DNA of 33,411 bases from a virus. Lineage: Duplodnaviria > Caudoviricetes. Positions 7,379 to 15,945 of this stretch are shown here, in pieces. The stretch lies in the IMG/VR virus record IMGVR_UViG_3300037851_000560, positions 1 to 33,411 of that record. One strand, 5' to 3'. The notes beneath the pieces were generated by a model that searched no databases, was not told the DNA's origin, and saw only the letters and a program-made list of their open reading frames with translations. The position numbers and the translations under genes were made by a program. Numbering within the stretch: position 1 is the first letter of the stretch; every line of letters starts with the position of its first letter.

Positions 7379-7816
7379 CTACCTGAGTCGCACCTTGCGC
7401 TCTTGATCCATCGGGAACACGTCATCGGCCGTCGTCACGTCCCGCCAGTCGTTGCGCGGATCGGATGCCGCACGAGCGGCCGGCCTTCGCGGCAACTGCG
7501 GCTTCGGCGGCGGCGTTGGCGGCACGGTCGCCAGCCCAGCGCCGAAGTCCTTGCCGTCTTCGATCACGAGGTAGCCGTGGGCGCGCTTCTCATCGAGCTT
7601 CCTCTCCAGCGCCCACACGGCGTAGCCGACCGTGTTGCACTCCTCGATCTTCTCCTGCCCGAAGGTGCCGCGCCGGCCCCAGCGCAGGGCGAGCCGGGCG
7701 GTACCGTCGGGGTTCTCGTAGACCTCGGCGAGATAGAACTTGTCGGAGCGTCCGGCCATGAACTCCAACCGCACGCGCCGGACGAGTCTGCCGCCGAAGG
7801 TGCGCGGGCCGCTCAC
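7379..7816 (-). CDS. WGR-domain protein
   Basis: GTGA-coupled start. SDKFYLAEV...LRWGRRGTFGQ...KLDEKRAHGY is a clear WGR domain. Confidence 0.85.
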   Translation of the reverse strand: MSGPRTFGGRLVRRVRLEFMAGRSDKFYLAEVYENPDGTARLALRWGRRGTFGQEKIEECNTVGYAVWALERKLDEKRAHGYLVIEDGKDFGAGLATVPPTPPPKPQLPRRPAARAASDPRNDWRDVTTADDVFPMDQERKVRLR

Positions 7817-9303
7817 GACTCGCGGCGCACGCGACGCTCGCCGCCCTCCGGCGCGCTGCGCGTCGTGTAGGTGCCCGGGCGGTTCGCCGAGAGGAAGCGG
7901 CCCTCGGCGAGCGTGCGCAGCGCCTCGATGCTGCTCGGGTCGCTCTGGCTGACGGGCACGACGTAGGACGCGGCCTCGGCGAGCGTCACGTCGAGGCGCG
8001 AGGCGATGCGGCAGCAGTTGCGGATCTCGGCACCCGTCCAGCCCTCGTCGAAGTTGACGCCGGCCGGCGAGACGCTCAGGCCGTGCGCTGCGATCTGAAG
8101 CTTCCAGATCGCCGCTCGCTCCTGCGCGTCGGGGAGGTCGAAGTACCAGATGCCGTTCGTGAAGCGGCGGCGCAGCTCGGGCGGGAGCGAGTCGAGGCGG
8201 TTGCAGGTGGCGACGACGAGCGCGCGGCCCGCGGCCACGCCGTTCGCGACCTTGAACGCCTGCCGGATCGCGCTCTCGGAGTCGCCGACGTAGCGACCCT
8301 TCATCGCGCCGAAGTCGAACTGGAGCAGCGGCAGCTGCGCGCTGACGGCCAGCGCGCGAGCGAACATCGTCTTGCCGCATCCCGGGGGCGAGACGCAGAT
8401 CAGGCCGTCGTGCCCGTTGTCCTCCATCTCGCGCAGGAGCACGCCGAGGTAGTCGGCCGAGACACCCGAGGAGTCGCCCCCGGAGCCCGAGCCGGCCATG
8501 TACTTCTCGATCTCGTCGACGAGGTAGAGGGCGCGGGGCGGCTGCTTGCCGCTGACGACGCGCCGGCCGTAGGTGCAGATCGCGGCGTTGCCGCCGATGT
8601 CGTCGAGCGAAGGACCCGTGCGCTGAAGGCTGAGCCCCTTCGTCTGGCTGATCTGCGTCCGCTTGCGCTCCCACAGCGAGTCGAGATCGAGCCCCTCCTT
8701 CCGCATCGACATCGCGGTCACCTGCTCGCAGCCGAAGATGCTCAGCCCGCGCGTCGCGTCGACCGCGCGGTCGAGCACGTCGCCGGGCACCTTGAGGCCG
8801 TTCGCCGAGCAGAGCTTCTCGATCTTCTCGCGCAGCGCCGCGTCGGTCGGGATGGGGTCGTCGACGACCACCACGTCCTGCTGAAGCTCGGCGGGCAGGT
8901 CGAAGGCGGGGCCGAGCAGGACGAGCGTGCGGCCCGTCAGCTTGTTCGTGTCGCGCAGCGCCAGCACCGCGGTCGAGAAGAACGCGTCCTGCACGAAGCG
9001 GTGTGCGTTGAGCGCGAAGAACTGCGAGTCGTCGGGCAGCCGGCCCGCGATCTCAAGGGCCGTCTGCGGGTTCGCCGTCTCCATCGAGCGCGTCGCGTCG
9101 TCGGCCCACTTCGACCGGCAGAACGTCTTCGCCGCCTCGTTGAGCGGGATGATCCCGCGCACGGCGTCCCACGCGAGCTTCGGCGCGCCGTTCGTCGTCT
9201 TGCAGATCGCGGCGACCGCGGCCTGCTGGTCCGTCGTCGTCACCGCGAGGAGGGGCGTACCCGCGTCTCGCGCGTCCATCACGACATCTGTCAGCGTCCT
9301 CAT
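7813..9303 (-). CDS. Ycf46-like AAA+ ATPase
   Basis: Degenerate N-terminal domain (LPAELQQDVVVVDDPIP), Walker A SPPGCGKT, YVGDSE, ATCN..LPPELRRRF and WTGAEI. Confidence 0.85.
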   Translation of the reverse strand: MRTLTDVVMDARDAGTPLLAVTTTDQQAAVAAICKTTNGAPKLAWDAVRGIIPLNEAAKTFCRSKWADDATRSMETANPQTALEIAGRLPDDSQFFALNAHRFVQDAFFSTAVLALRDTNKLTGRTLVLLGPAFDLPAELQQDVVVVDDPIPTDAALREKIEKLCSANGLKVPGDVLDRAVDATRGLSIFGCEQVTAMSMRKEGLDLDSLWERKRTQISQTKGLSLQRTGPSLDDIGGNAAICTYGRRVVSGKQPPRALYLVDEIEKYMAGSGSGGDSSGVSADYLGVLLREMEDNGHDGLICVSPPGCGKTMFARALAVSAQLPLLQFDFGAMKGRYVGDSESAIRQAFKVANGVAAGRALVVATCNRLDSLPPELRRRFTNGIWYFDLPDAQERAAIWKLQIAAHGLSVSPAGVNFDEGWTGAEIRNCCRIASRLDVTLAEAASYVVPVSQSDPSSIEALRTLAEGRFLSANRPGTYTTRSAPEGGERRVRRES

Positions 9304-9304
9304 G

Positions 9305-9814
9305 TCAGGCCTCCTTGTCGTCGTCCTTGATCGTCTCTGCCGCCTTCGCGATGACCCGCTCCGTCGCCTCGCGCACCTTCGCGTCGGCCTTGTCCATCTC
9401 CTGCTTCCTGAGCGCCGCAGCGCTGCCCATCAAGTCGGCGAGCGCCTGCAGCGCCTTCTGCATGTCCTCCGCGTCCCCGCTCGCCAGCGCCGCCTCGACG
9501 CGCTTCGCGGCCACGCGCAGGTCGGGGGGCATCATGTCGAGGATCTCCTCGGGCGTCCCGGAGTTCGTCGTCCGCTCCCCGGAGTTCATCGCGATCACCT
9601 GCATCTTGGCGTCGAGGATGTCGATGAGCTTGTGCAGGATGGGGATCGGCAGCTTGGCGACGCGGGCGTTCATGATCAGGTGCAGCGCGAGCCCACCCAA
9701 GCCCTCGGCGGGCATGATCCGGCCCTGCTTCACGATGCGCCAGAACGGCCCTTGCAGCTCCTGCGCTATCTGGATCATCTGCTCGTAGTTCGGTTCGAAC
9801 TCGTCCTTCGCCAT
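9305..9814 (-). CDS. Hypothetical helical protein
   Basis: Start MAKDEF after GGAGGCCTGAC; phage-like codon usage. Confidence 0.7.
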   Translation of the reverse strand: MAKDEFEPNYEQMIQIAQELQGPFWRIVKQGRIMPAEGLGGLALHLIMNARVAKLPIPILHKLIDILDAKMQVIAMNSGERTTNSGTPEEILDMMPPDLRVAAKRVEAALASGDAEDMQKALQALADLMGSAAALRKQEMDKADAKVREATERVIAKAAETIKDDDKEA

Positions 9815-9815
9815 G

Positions 9816-10136
9816 TCAGGCCTCCCTGCCATCGAGCCAGAGCTTGTACTCGTCGAGGATCCACGCCTTCAGCCTGCGCGTGCGCGCGCCGTACTCCGCG
9901 CCCTCGGCGTCGGCGCGGAGGAAGTCGAAGTAGCGGCGGTCGGTGCCGGCCCCGAAGGCGCGCGCCGGCAGCGTGACGTAGAGGTCGCCGTCGGGCGCGC
10001 GCCAGATCGAGAAGCCGGCGAGCTTGAAGCCGTGGATCGGCGAGCCGGGCGCAGCGAAGTGCATCTCGGCTTCGGCCAGCATCCGCTCGGGCTTCGTGCT
10101 GTCGTTCGGGATGAAGGTCATTGCCACCGTCTTCAT
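9816..10136 (-). CDS. SpoVG-like nucleic-acid-binding protein
   Basis: FKLAGFSIWRAPDGDLYVTLPAR...YFDFL...LKAWILDEY resembles the SpoVG pattern. Confidence 0.6.
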   Translation of the reverse strand: MKTVAMTFIPNDSTKPERMLAEAEMHFAAPGSPIHGFKLAGFSIWRAPDGDLYVTLPARAFGAGTDRRYFDFLRADAEGAEYGARTRRLKAWILDEYKLWLDGREA

Positions 10137-10336
10137 CGGATCACCCCGCTGAAGACGCCCGGGAAGAAGATCGCGGTCGTCTCGCCGTCGAGCGATGTCA
10201 CGCGCACCTTGCCGGACGAGCCGCCGCCGGCCGGCTGCGCGACGCCGCTGAAGACCCACTCGTTGCCCTTGAAGTCGAGCATCCGCGTGCCGACCTCGAC
10301 CACGATCCCGTCGACGTAGAAGCTCTGCTCGCTCAT
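10133..10336 (-). CDS. Hypothetical protein (67 aa)
   Basis: MSEQSFYVDG...; GGAGGAG RBS; ATGA coupling. Confidence 0.65.
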   Translation of the reverse strand: MSEQSFYVDGIVVEVGTRMLDFKGNEWVFSGVAQPAGGGSSGKVRVTSLDGETTAIFFPGVFSGVIR

Positions 10337-10569
10337 CGGTTCTCCTCCAGCGCTTCGTTGAGCGCTCCCGCCATCTCCTGTACCAGCATCGCCTTCGTCT
10401 GCACCTCGCCGCGGACGTTCTTGATCGCGGTGTCCCAACGGCCCTCGCTCAGTTCGTGCCGCGCGAGGTCGGCGACCAACTCAAGCTCGTGTAGCGCGTC
10501 GTTGAGGTTGAGCAGGTGCTGCGAGAGCGGCGTGCGCCGCGGGGTCGGAACGTAGCGTCCGTCGTCCAT
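10333..10569 (-). CDS. Hypothetical protein
   Basis: ORF tiles the operon without gaps. Confidence 0.6.
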   Translation of the reverse strand: MDDGRYVPTPRRTPLSQHLLNLNDALHELELVADLARHELSEGRWDTAIKNVRGEVQTKAMLVQEMAGALNEALEENR

Positions 10570-10878
10570 CTACTCTTCCCCTTCTTCGTCCCACGGCCGC
10601 GCCGCGCAGCGCGGGCAGACGTAATAGGTCTGGATGCAGGGGTCGGGGCCGCGTTCTGGATCGCCCGGGTCGAGGTCGACGTCCCTCTCGACCAACTGCG
10701 CCCACTGCCGACACCGATCGCAGCGGCTCTCGCCCGCGAGGTGGTGAGCAATCGCCGCGCGGACGGCCTGCATTGCCTCTTCCTCCTGCTCCGGGCAGAG
10801 GTACACGCCCATCACCTCCAGCACGGCGTCGACGATCTCGGCCGTCTGGACCTCTCGCTTCTCGTCTTCTGTCAGCAT
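10570..10878 (-). CDS. Hypothetical zinc-finger protein
   Basis: CDRC...CPRC; RBS present. Confidence 0.6.
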   Translation of the reverse strand: MLTEDEKREVQTAEIVDAVLEVMGVYLCPEQEEEAMQAVRAAIAHHLAGESRCDRCRQWAQLVERDVDLDPGDPERGPDPCIQTYYVCPRCAARPWDEEGEE

Positions 10879-10891
10879 GTCAGGGCTCCTC

Positions 10892-11089
10892 TCAGCGCAC
10901 GTCGAAGTGCTTCATCGCGGTCGCCAGCAGGTGGTCGTAGTCGCCGGCCGTCATCTCGTCGAGCACAGCCTTGCGGCGCGCCTCGTCCCAGCCGGCCTTC
11001 TTCGCGGCCCGCGACGCGAGTCCGAGGATTGAGAAGGCGTTGCAGCCGGTCCCAACGAGCTTAAGGGTCGGCTTCGTCGTCGTCGTCAT
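10892..11089 (-). CDS. Conserved small phage protein
   Basis: LKLVGTGCNAFSILG...EMTAGDYDHLL, a motif recognised from uncharacterised phage proteins. Confidence 0.75.
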   Translation of the reverse strand: MTTTTKPTLKLVGTGCNAFSILGLASRAAKKAGWDEARRKAVLDEMTAGDYDHLLATAMKHFDVR

Positions 11090-11166
11090 GTCGGGTCCTC
11101 CTGTAGGAGCGCGTTGGCTCCGGGCGCAGCGACGACCGTGCGCTGGTCGCCGCTGGCCCGCAACCG

Positions 11167-11316
11167 CTACGCGCGGGGCGCGGCGGGCTTCGGCGGGATC
11201 GGGCGCAGCCAGAAGGCCGTGCCGCTCGCCGCGTGCTTGATCTTGACCGTCGGGTGGGGCTCGTGCGGACCGAGGATGAGCTTCCCGCAGATCGGGCAGT
11301 GGTTCTTCTTCGCCAT
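11167..11316 (-). CDS. Small hypothetical protein (49 aa, CxxC)
   Basis: Not in the ORF track; MAKKNHCPICGKLILGPHEPHPTVKIKH... after GGAGGTCTGAC. Confidence 0.55.
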   Translation of the reverse strand: MAKKNHCPICGKLILGPHEPHPTVKIKHAASGTAFWLRPIPPKPAAPRA

Positions 11317-11317
11317 G

Positions 11318-11554
11318 TCAGACCTCCTTGCGCTCGCAGGCCCCGCACGCGCAGTCGCGGGGGTTCGCCGTCTTGTCCTTGATCGCCGGGCAGCGCTGCA
11401 CCGTGCCCGACCCCTTGCACGCCTTGTAGGCGAGCGCCGGCTTGCGCGCCCACAGGTTGATCGAGCCGTGCTGCTGGAGCGTGCCGTCGTCGAGGATGTC
11501 GATCCGGCGGCGGCAGCGGCGGCAGCGGGTCTGCGTCTTCGGCGTCGTGCTCAT
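11318..11554 (-). CDS. Cys-rich hypothetical protein
   Basis: MSTTPKTQTRCRRC...H...C...CACGAC; TGATG coupling. Confidence 0.6.
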   Translation of the reverse strand: MSTTPKTQTRCRRCRRRIDILDDGTLQQHGSINLWARKPALAYKACKGSGTVQRCPAIKDKTANPRDCACGACERKEV

Positions 11555-11862
11555 CACAGCCTCCGCAGCAGGTGGTTGTACGCGCCGGAGCAGGCCGCGT
11601 AGCCGTCCATGCTGTCGAAGAAGCCCTCGATGCTCGTCACGCCCGGCCCCTTGCGGGCTTCGATGAGCGCGAGGTCGACGAGCTTGATCTTGAGGTTGCT
11701 CAGCAGGCGCAAGGCGTCGAGCGCGCTCTCCGTCTCCCACTCGACCCGAGCGTGGCTTGCGCGGGCGTGGCAGTCGGGGCAGCGGCCGCGGTCGTCGTCG
11801 AGGTTGAACAGCGGGGTGGCACGGGGCTTCCCGCAGTCGACGCAGTTGGTGTCGTTCGTCAT
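11554..11862 (-). CDS. Hypothetical zinc-finger protein
   Basis: MTNDTNCVDC...CPDC after GGAGGCCTGAC. Confidence 0.65.
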   Translation of the reverse strand: MTNDTNCVDCGKPRATPLFNLDDDRGRCPDCHARASHARVEWETESALDALRLLSNLKIKLVDLALIEARKGPGVTSIEGFFDSMDGYAACSGAYNHLLRRL

Positions 11863-11863
11863 G

Positions 11864-12139
11864 TCAGGCCTCCTCCTCGTTCTTCGGCTCGTTCGGCTCG
11901 TCATAGAAGCCCTCGGCGGCGAGCCGCTTCGTCTCGGCGCGCGTCTCGGCCAGCACCAGCGATCCGTCTTCGACCGCCTCTTCGATGCAGTCCATTTCGA
12001 CTTCGATCGCGGCGACGATCAGGTTGCGCGCGATCGGCTTCGCGAGGTCGTACTCTTCGAGGGCGATCGGCTCGCCATCCATGTCTTCGACGATCCGCAG
12101 CGTGCCGTCGGGCAGGACGATCGCGAGCTTCAGTTTCAT
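11864..12139 (-). CDS. Acidic hypothetical protein
   Basis: 91 aa, strongly D/E-rich; RBS motif present. Confidence 0.7.
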   Translation of the reverse strand: MKLKLAIVLPDGTLRIVEDMDGEPIALEEYDLAKPIARNLIVAAIEVEMDCIEEAVEDGSLVLAETRAETKRLAAEGFYDEPNEPKNEEEA

Positions 12140-12140
12140 G

Positions 12141-12335
12141 TCAGGCCTCCTTCGCGGGGCGCAGCGTCACGCCGAGTCGGAACGCGAGCGCAAGCGCTGC
12201 GACCATCGCCGCGTGCGGGCTGCGGCAGTAGTCGGTGCAGGCGGCCTGCGTCGGCGTCTTGAACTCGACGTACCAGCCGCCGAGCGCGCGGGCTTCTGGA
12301 TCACGGTCGCGGAGCAACTTGGCTTCAGTGGTCAT
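12141..12335 (-). CDS. Hypothetical protein
   Basis: AAGGAGAG RBS; ends in KEA-stop within the recurrent start motif. Confidence 0.6.
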   Translation of the reverse strand: MTTEAKLLRDRDPEARALGGWYVEFKTPTQAACTDYCRSPHAAMVAALALAFRLGVTLRPAKEA

Positions 12336-12427
12336 GGTCTTCTCTCCTTGTCAGGTGCCCCGGGCTTGCCACCGGGGCTTGCGGGTTACACCGGAAGCGC
12401 TCGCGCGCTCCCGGCGGCTCACCTTTT

Positions 12428-12778
12428 CTACTGCGCGGCGGCGGTGCTCGCCAGCGGCTTCGGGATCGAGGTGAAGGCGGGCTCCTTCGGGAGCCGCCCG
12501 GACTTCTTGATCCAGCCGGCCTCGACCGCCTCGTCCACCAGCGCGTCGATGCGCGCGATGGCGGCCTCCAGCGAGTCGTGCGTCGCGGTCATGCCGCGCT
12601 TCCTCTCGTCGCCGTTGCGCGCGATCACCTGCGAGCGGAAGGTGCCGCTCTTCAACTGCGCCGCGATCAGCGTCAGCGTGTTCGTCGCGTTCGCGCCCGC
12701 GAGCTTCACGACCTTGCGCGGCAGCCGCTTCGTCGTCGTCGTCGCCTTCGCCTTTGCCGTCTTCTTCGTCGATGCCAT
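12428..12778 (-). CDS. Basic hypothetical protein, first gene of the leftward arm
   Basis: AGGAGA RBS; K/T/A-rich N-terminus. Confidence 0.7.
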   Translation of the reverse strand: MASTKKTAKAKATTTTKRLPRKVVKLAGANATNTLTLIAAQLKSGTFRSQVIARNGDERKRGMTATHDSLEAAIARIDALVDEAVEAGWIKKSGRLPKEPAFTSIPKPLASTAAAQ

Positions 12779-13192
12779 GTGAGTTTCTCCTGTCCCTCAA
12801 GCTCCGCGTGCGGAGGCCCATCCCCCGCCCGCGGGAATTGAGGGGCGAGGCGCGCGATCGTCCGCGGCCTCGCCCTCCCGTCTCTCTCCTTGTTCTCCCA
12901 TCGCGCCCCCGCAGGGGGGGACCGGCCTTTCCGCTCATGTCGCGCCTCCCCCTCTCTTGGGGAGGTCGCCGGTGCGGAACTTCGGCCTCGCATCGGGTCC
13001 GGCTATTCATCGCCCCGCGGGCTCCTGCGCGCTCCGGCCTGACCTTTTCCGAGCCCCTATCCCCCGTCACCCGGCTTCCGCTGCGCTGGATCCGGCGGGC
13101 CGTCTGCTTTGGGCTGCGGCGGTGAGTCGCCTTCGCTCGCTCGCTTCCGCTTGGCTGTCAATGACCCCCCGCCGGGGCCGGCGGGCAGGTGA

Positions 13193-13250
13193 AGTCTGGC
13201 AAGCCGCCCTGCGGAATGCAAGAAAAATCGGTTGCATTCGGCAAGAAAAA
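13193..13250 (-). promoter_or_regulatory. Putative sigma70-type leftward promoter with overlapping operator
   Basis: On -: TTGCAT (13221-13216), 17 nt spacer, CAGACT (13198-13193) with an extended TGn. Inverted repeat GAATGCAA/TTGCATTC at 13214-13239 and direct repeat GCAAGAAAAA x2. Confidence 0.5.
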
Positions 13251-13390
13251 GGGGGGCTGCCTACGGCCCCCCGTGAGCCCTCGCCGGGGGGGGGCTGGGC
13301 TGGCAGGATGGGGAGGGCCGCCAGAGCCCGCCAGCGGGGCGCTGTGCCCCTCGTGGCCCCCCCCTTGTGCCCCGTGTCAGAATCCGGGGC

Positions 13391-13876
13391 ATGGCCGACG
13401 ACGCCCCCGACCTCCCCGAGGAGGAGGAGGCAACAGCGCGGGATCAGCGCGAAGAGGAGGCCGGGGTCCGGGTCGGGGTCCGGGGGCGGCCCTTCGCCCC
13501 GGGCAACCCGTACCGCCTGCGGCCCGGCCAGAGCGGCAACCCCGCGGGCAGGCCGAAGGGGTGGCGCGCGCTCTTCCGCGAGCACGCCGAGGAGATTGAG
13601 TCGCAGGATCCGCAGAAGCGCCAGCGCGTGCGCCTGCTCATCGAGCGGCTGTGGGTCCGCGCGGTGAAGGACGGGAACATCCAAGCGGCGCGCGAGTACC
13701 TCGACCGCGCGGACGGGCGAGTGCCTCTCGCGTTGAGGATGGGACCTGACGAAGACGAGGGGCCGCGCGAGATCCGCATTCGCGTGGTCGGTCGAGACGA
13801 CATCGATCTCGAAGCGCTGCGCCTTCGTGCGCTGAGCAGCGGCAACGGCAACGGGAATGGCGACGGCACCGCCTGA
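13391..13876 (+). CDS. terS: Terminase small subunit (DUF5681-like)
   Basis: PGQSGNPAGRPKG and GNIQAAREYLDRADG motifs; directly upstream of terL. Confidence 0.75.
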   Translation: MADDAPDLPEEEEATARDQREEEAGVRVGVRGRPFAPGNPYRLRPGQSGNPAGRPKGWRALFREHAEEIESQDPQKRQRVRLLIERLWVRAVKDGNIQAAREYLDRADGRVPLALRMGPDEDEGPREIRIRVVGRDDIDLEALRLRALSSGNGNGNGDGTA

Positions 13877-15155
13877 GATCGTCCGGCCGCAGGTGCTCGA
13901 CCCGAACGACGACGGCTCGACTCTCAGCTGGACGATGCACGCGTGGCAGGCGGCCGCCTTCGTCGCGTCGGAGCGCTTCATCGTCTGGACCGCGGGCCGG
14001 CGCTGCGGCAAGTCGGAGTTCGCCGTCATGTGGACGCTGCGCCGCGTGCTCGACGCGCGGGCGCGCAGGCTCACCGGCGTCATCTGGATCGTGTACCCGA
14101 CCTACGACATCGCTCGCACCGCGTGGCGCAAGTTCAAGCGCCTCACCCCGGCCGCGTGGGTGCGCCAGTACATCGGCACCGAGACGAGCCCGCGCGCGAT
14201 CATCATGCGAGGCGGAATCACCATCGAGTTCAAGTCGGGCGTCAACCCGGGCGCGCTCGTCGGCGAGGGCCTGCTCGCGTGCTGGGTCGACGAGTGCGGC
14301 ACGATCAAGGAGCGCGTGTGGTCGGAGTCGCTGCGACCGACGCTCGCCGACCACGTCGCCCCCGCGCTGCTCACCGGCACGCCGAAGGGGCACAACTGGT
14401 ATTGGAAGCTCTACCAGCAAGGCTGGCTCCCCGACTTCCCCGACACGCTCTCGATCGGGCTCAACAGCGGGCAGGGCATCCCGAGCTACGAGAACCCCTA
14501 CCTGCGCCGCGACGAGATCGACGCGATGGGGCGCGAGATGAGCCAGCGCCTCTTCCAGCAGGAGATCCTCGCGAAGTTCCTCTCCGACGAGGGCGCGGTG
14601 CTCAAGCTGGAGCGCGTCCGCGCGAAGGGGCTCCGCTACTCGACGAACGTGACCGCAGCGCTCGGCATCGATCTCGCGCGCCGCGCCGACTACACGGTCA
14701 TGGTGGGCATGGACGCAGACCTCGGTGTCACGCACTTCGAGCGCTTCCGCGACATCGACTGGCCGATCCAGAAGCGGAAGATCGAGGCGACGTGGCTCAA
14801 GCTCGGCAAGCCCGCCATCGTCATCGACGCGACGGGCGTCGGTGATCCGATGGTGCAGGAGCTTCAGTACTCGGGCGTCTACGTCGCCGAGGCGTTCCTT
14901 TTCACGGGCACGTCGAAGCGCCAACTGGTAGAGTCCCTCGCGATGGCGTGCGACGACGCCGCGCTGACGCTGCCCGACGAGCCGGAGCTACTCAACGAGA
15001 TGGAGGCTTTCGAGATGACGGCCCTCCCGTCTGGCAACGTGCGCTATGCCGCACCGGAGGGCCAGCACGACGACTGCGTGATGGCGCTGGCGCTCGCGCA
15101 GCGCGGGGCTATGCGCTTCGGCGACCTCGGCATCAGCATCGGGAGGCTGCAATGA
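13857..15155 (+). CDS. terL: Terminase large subunit
   Basis: Walker A AGRRCGKS, Walker B WVDE, TGTPKG, nuclease motifs GIDLA, IDATGVG and HDDCVMALALA. Confidence 0.95.
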   Translation: MATAPPEIVRPQVLDPNDDGSTLSWTMHAWQAAAFVASERFIVWTAGRRCGKSEFAVMWTLRRVLDARARRLTGVIWIVYPTYDIARTAWRKFKRLTPAAWVRQYIGTETSPRAIIMRGGITIEFKSGVNPGALVGEGLLACWVDECGTIKERVWSESLRPTLADHVAPALLTGTPKGHNWYWKLYQQGWLPDFPDTLSIGLNSGQGIPSYENPYLRRDEIDAMGREMSQRLFQQEILAKFLSDEGAVLKLERVRAKGLRYSTNVTAALGIDLARRADYTVMVGMDADLGVTHFERFRDIDWPIQKRKIEATWLKLGKPAIVIDATGVGDPMVQELQYSGVYVAEAFLFTGTSKRQLVESLAMACDDAALTLPDEPELLNEMEAFEMTALPSGNVRYAAPEGQHDDCVMALALAQRGAMRFGDLGISIGRLQ

Positions 15156-15472
15156 TCCTCGACGTGGTGGACTACCTGAATCTCCCGCCGGGCCTTCGAC
15201 TGCGAGCGCGTCCTGAGCGCAGTCGCGCTCGTCGTCCGGCCGTTGCCGTCAGCGCAAAGAGGGCGAGCGAGCAGACCCTCGGAGCGTGGTCTACGCGGCG
15301 GACCGCGCCCGCGCCCCCGCCCGAGCCCGCGCCCGCGCAATGGCGGCCCGTCAACGTCGATGGCGACGCTGCGCCAAGGGTACCTCGCAGGATCGTCTTG
15401 GCCGATTGTCCGCGCGCGATCGCATGCCCCGGGTGCGACTCTTGTTCGGTGGCCGTCAACGAGTGGAGGTGA
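15152..15472 (+). CDS. Hypothetical protein, C-terminal Cys cluster
   Basis: ATGA coupling to terL; C...CPGCDSC. Confidence 0.5.
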   Translation: MILDVVDYLNLPPGLRLRARPERSRARRPAVAVSAKRASEQTLGAWSTRRTAPAPPPEPAPAQWRPVNVDGDAAPRVPRRIVLADCPRAIACPGCDSCSVAVNEWR

Positions 15473-15700
15473 ATGCCGATGCCCGCGAAGAAGAAGCCCG
15501 CACCGAAGACGACGGAGCACGTCGATGCCGCCGCGCCCGCGCGCGAGACGATGGTCGCGAAGCAGGTGATCGACCGGCGCGTCACGAAGAAGGCCGCCAT
15601 CGACTCGGCCTACGAGCATCTCAAGGCGCACGGGCTCGACAACCCGTGGAGCGCCTACAACGCCGGCGGCACCTGCGGCGTCTGCGGGGAGCGCATCTGA
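15473..15700 (+). CDS. Hypothetical protein
   Basis: GGAGG RBS; C-terminal CGVC. Confidence 0.65.
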   Translation: MPMPAKKKPAPKTTEHVDAAAPARETMVAKQVIDRRVTKKAAIDSAYEHLKAHGLDNPWSAYNAGGTCGVCGERI

Positions 15701-15945
15701 TGGCCCGCCTCGCGCGCGTCGCGATCTCGACCGATCTGCTGACGAAGATGCTCACGCGAGGCGGCGTCTTCACCAGCACGACCGCTCGCGGGCTGCCGGC
15801 CGGTGCGCGGTACGTCCGCTGCTACGACCCGCCTCACGTCGACGGGCTCATCTGGTTCGTCTTCGAGCACGAGTCCTTCGGCGAGGTTCCCGAGGGGCAC
15901 GTCATCCCCGAGGCGCGCATCCTCCTCGAAACCGAGGGCCTGTGA
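15700..15945 (+). CDS. Hypothetical protein
   Basis: MARLARVAIS...FEHESFGEVPEG; TGATG coupling. Confidence 0.65.
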   Translation: MARLARVAISTDLLTKMLTRGGVFTSTTARGLPAGARYVRCYDPPHVDGLIWFVFEHESFGEVPEGHVIPEARILLETEGL

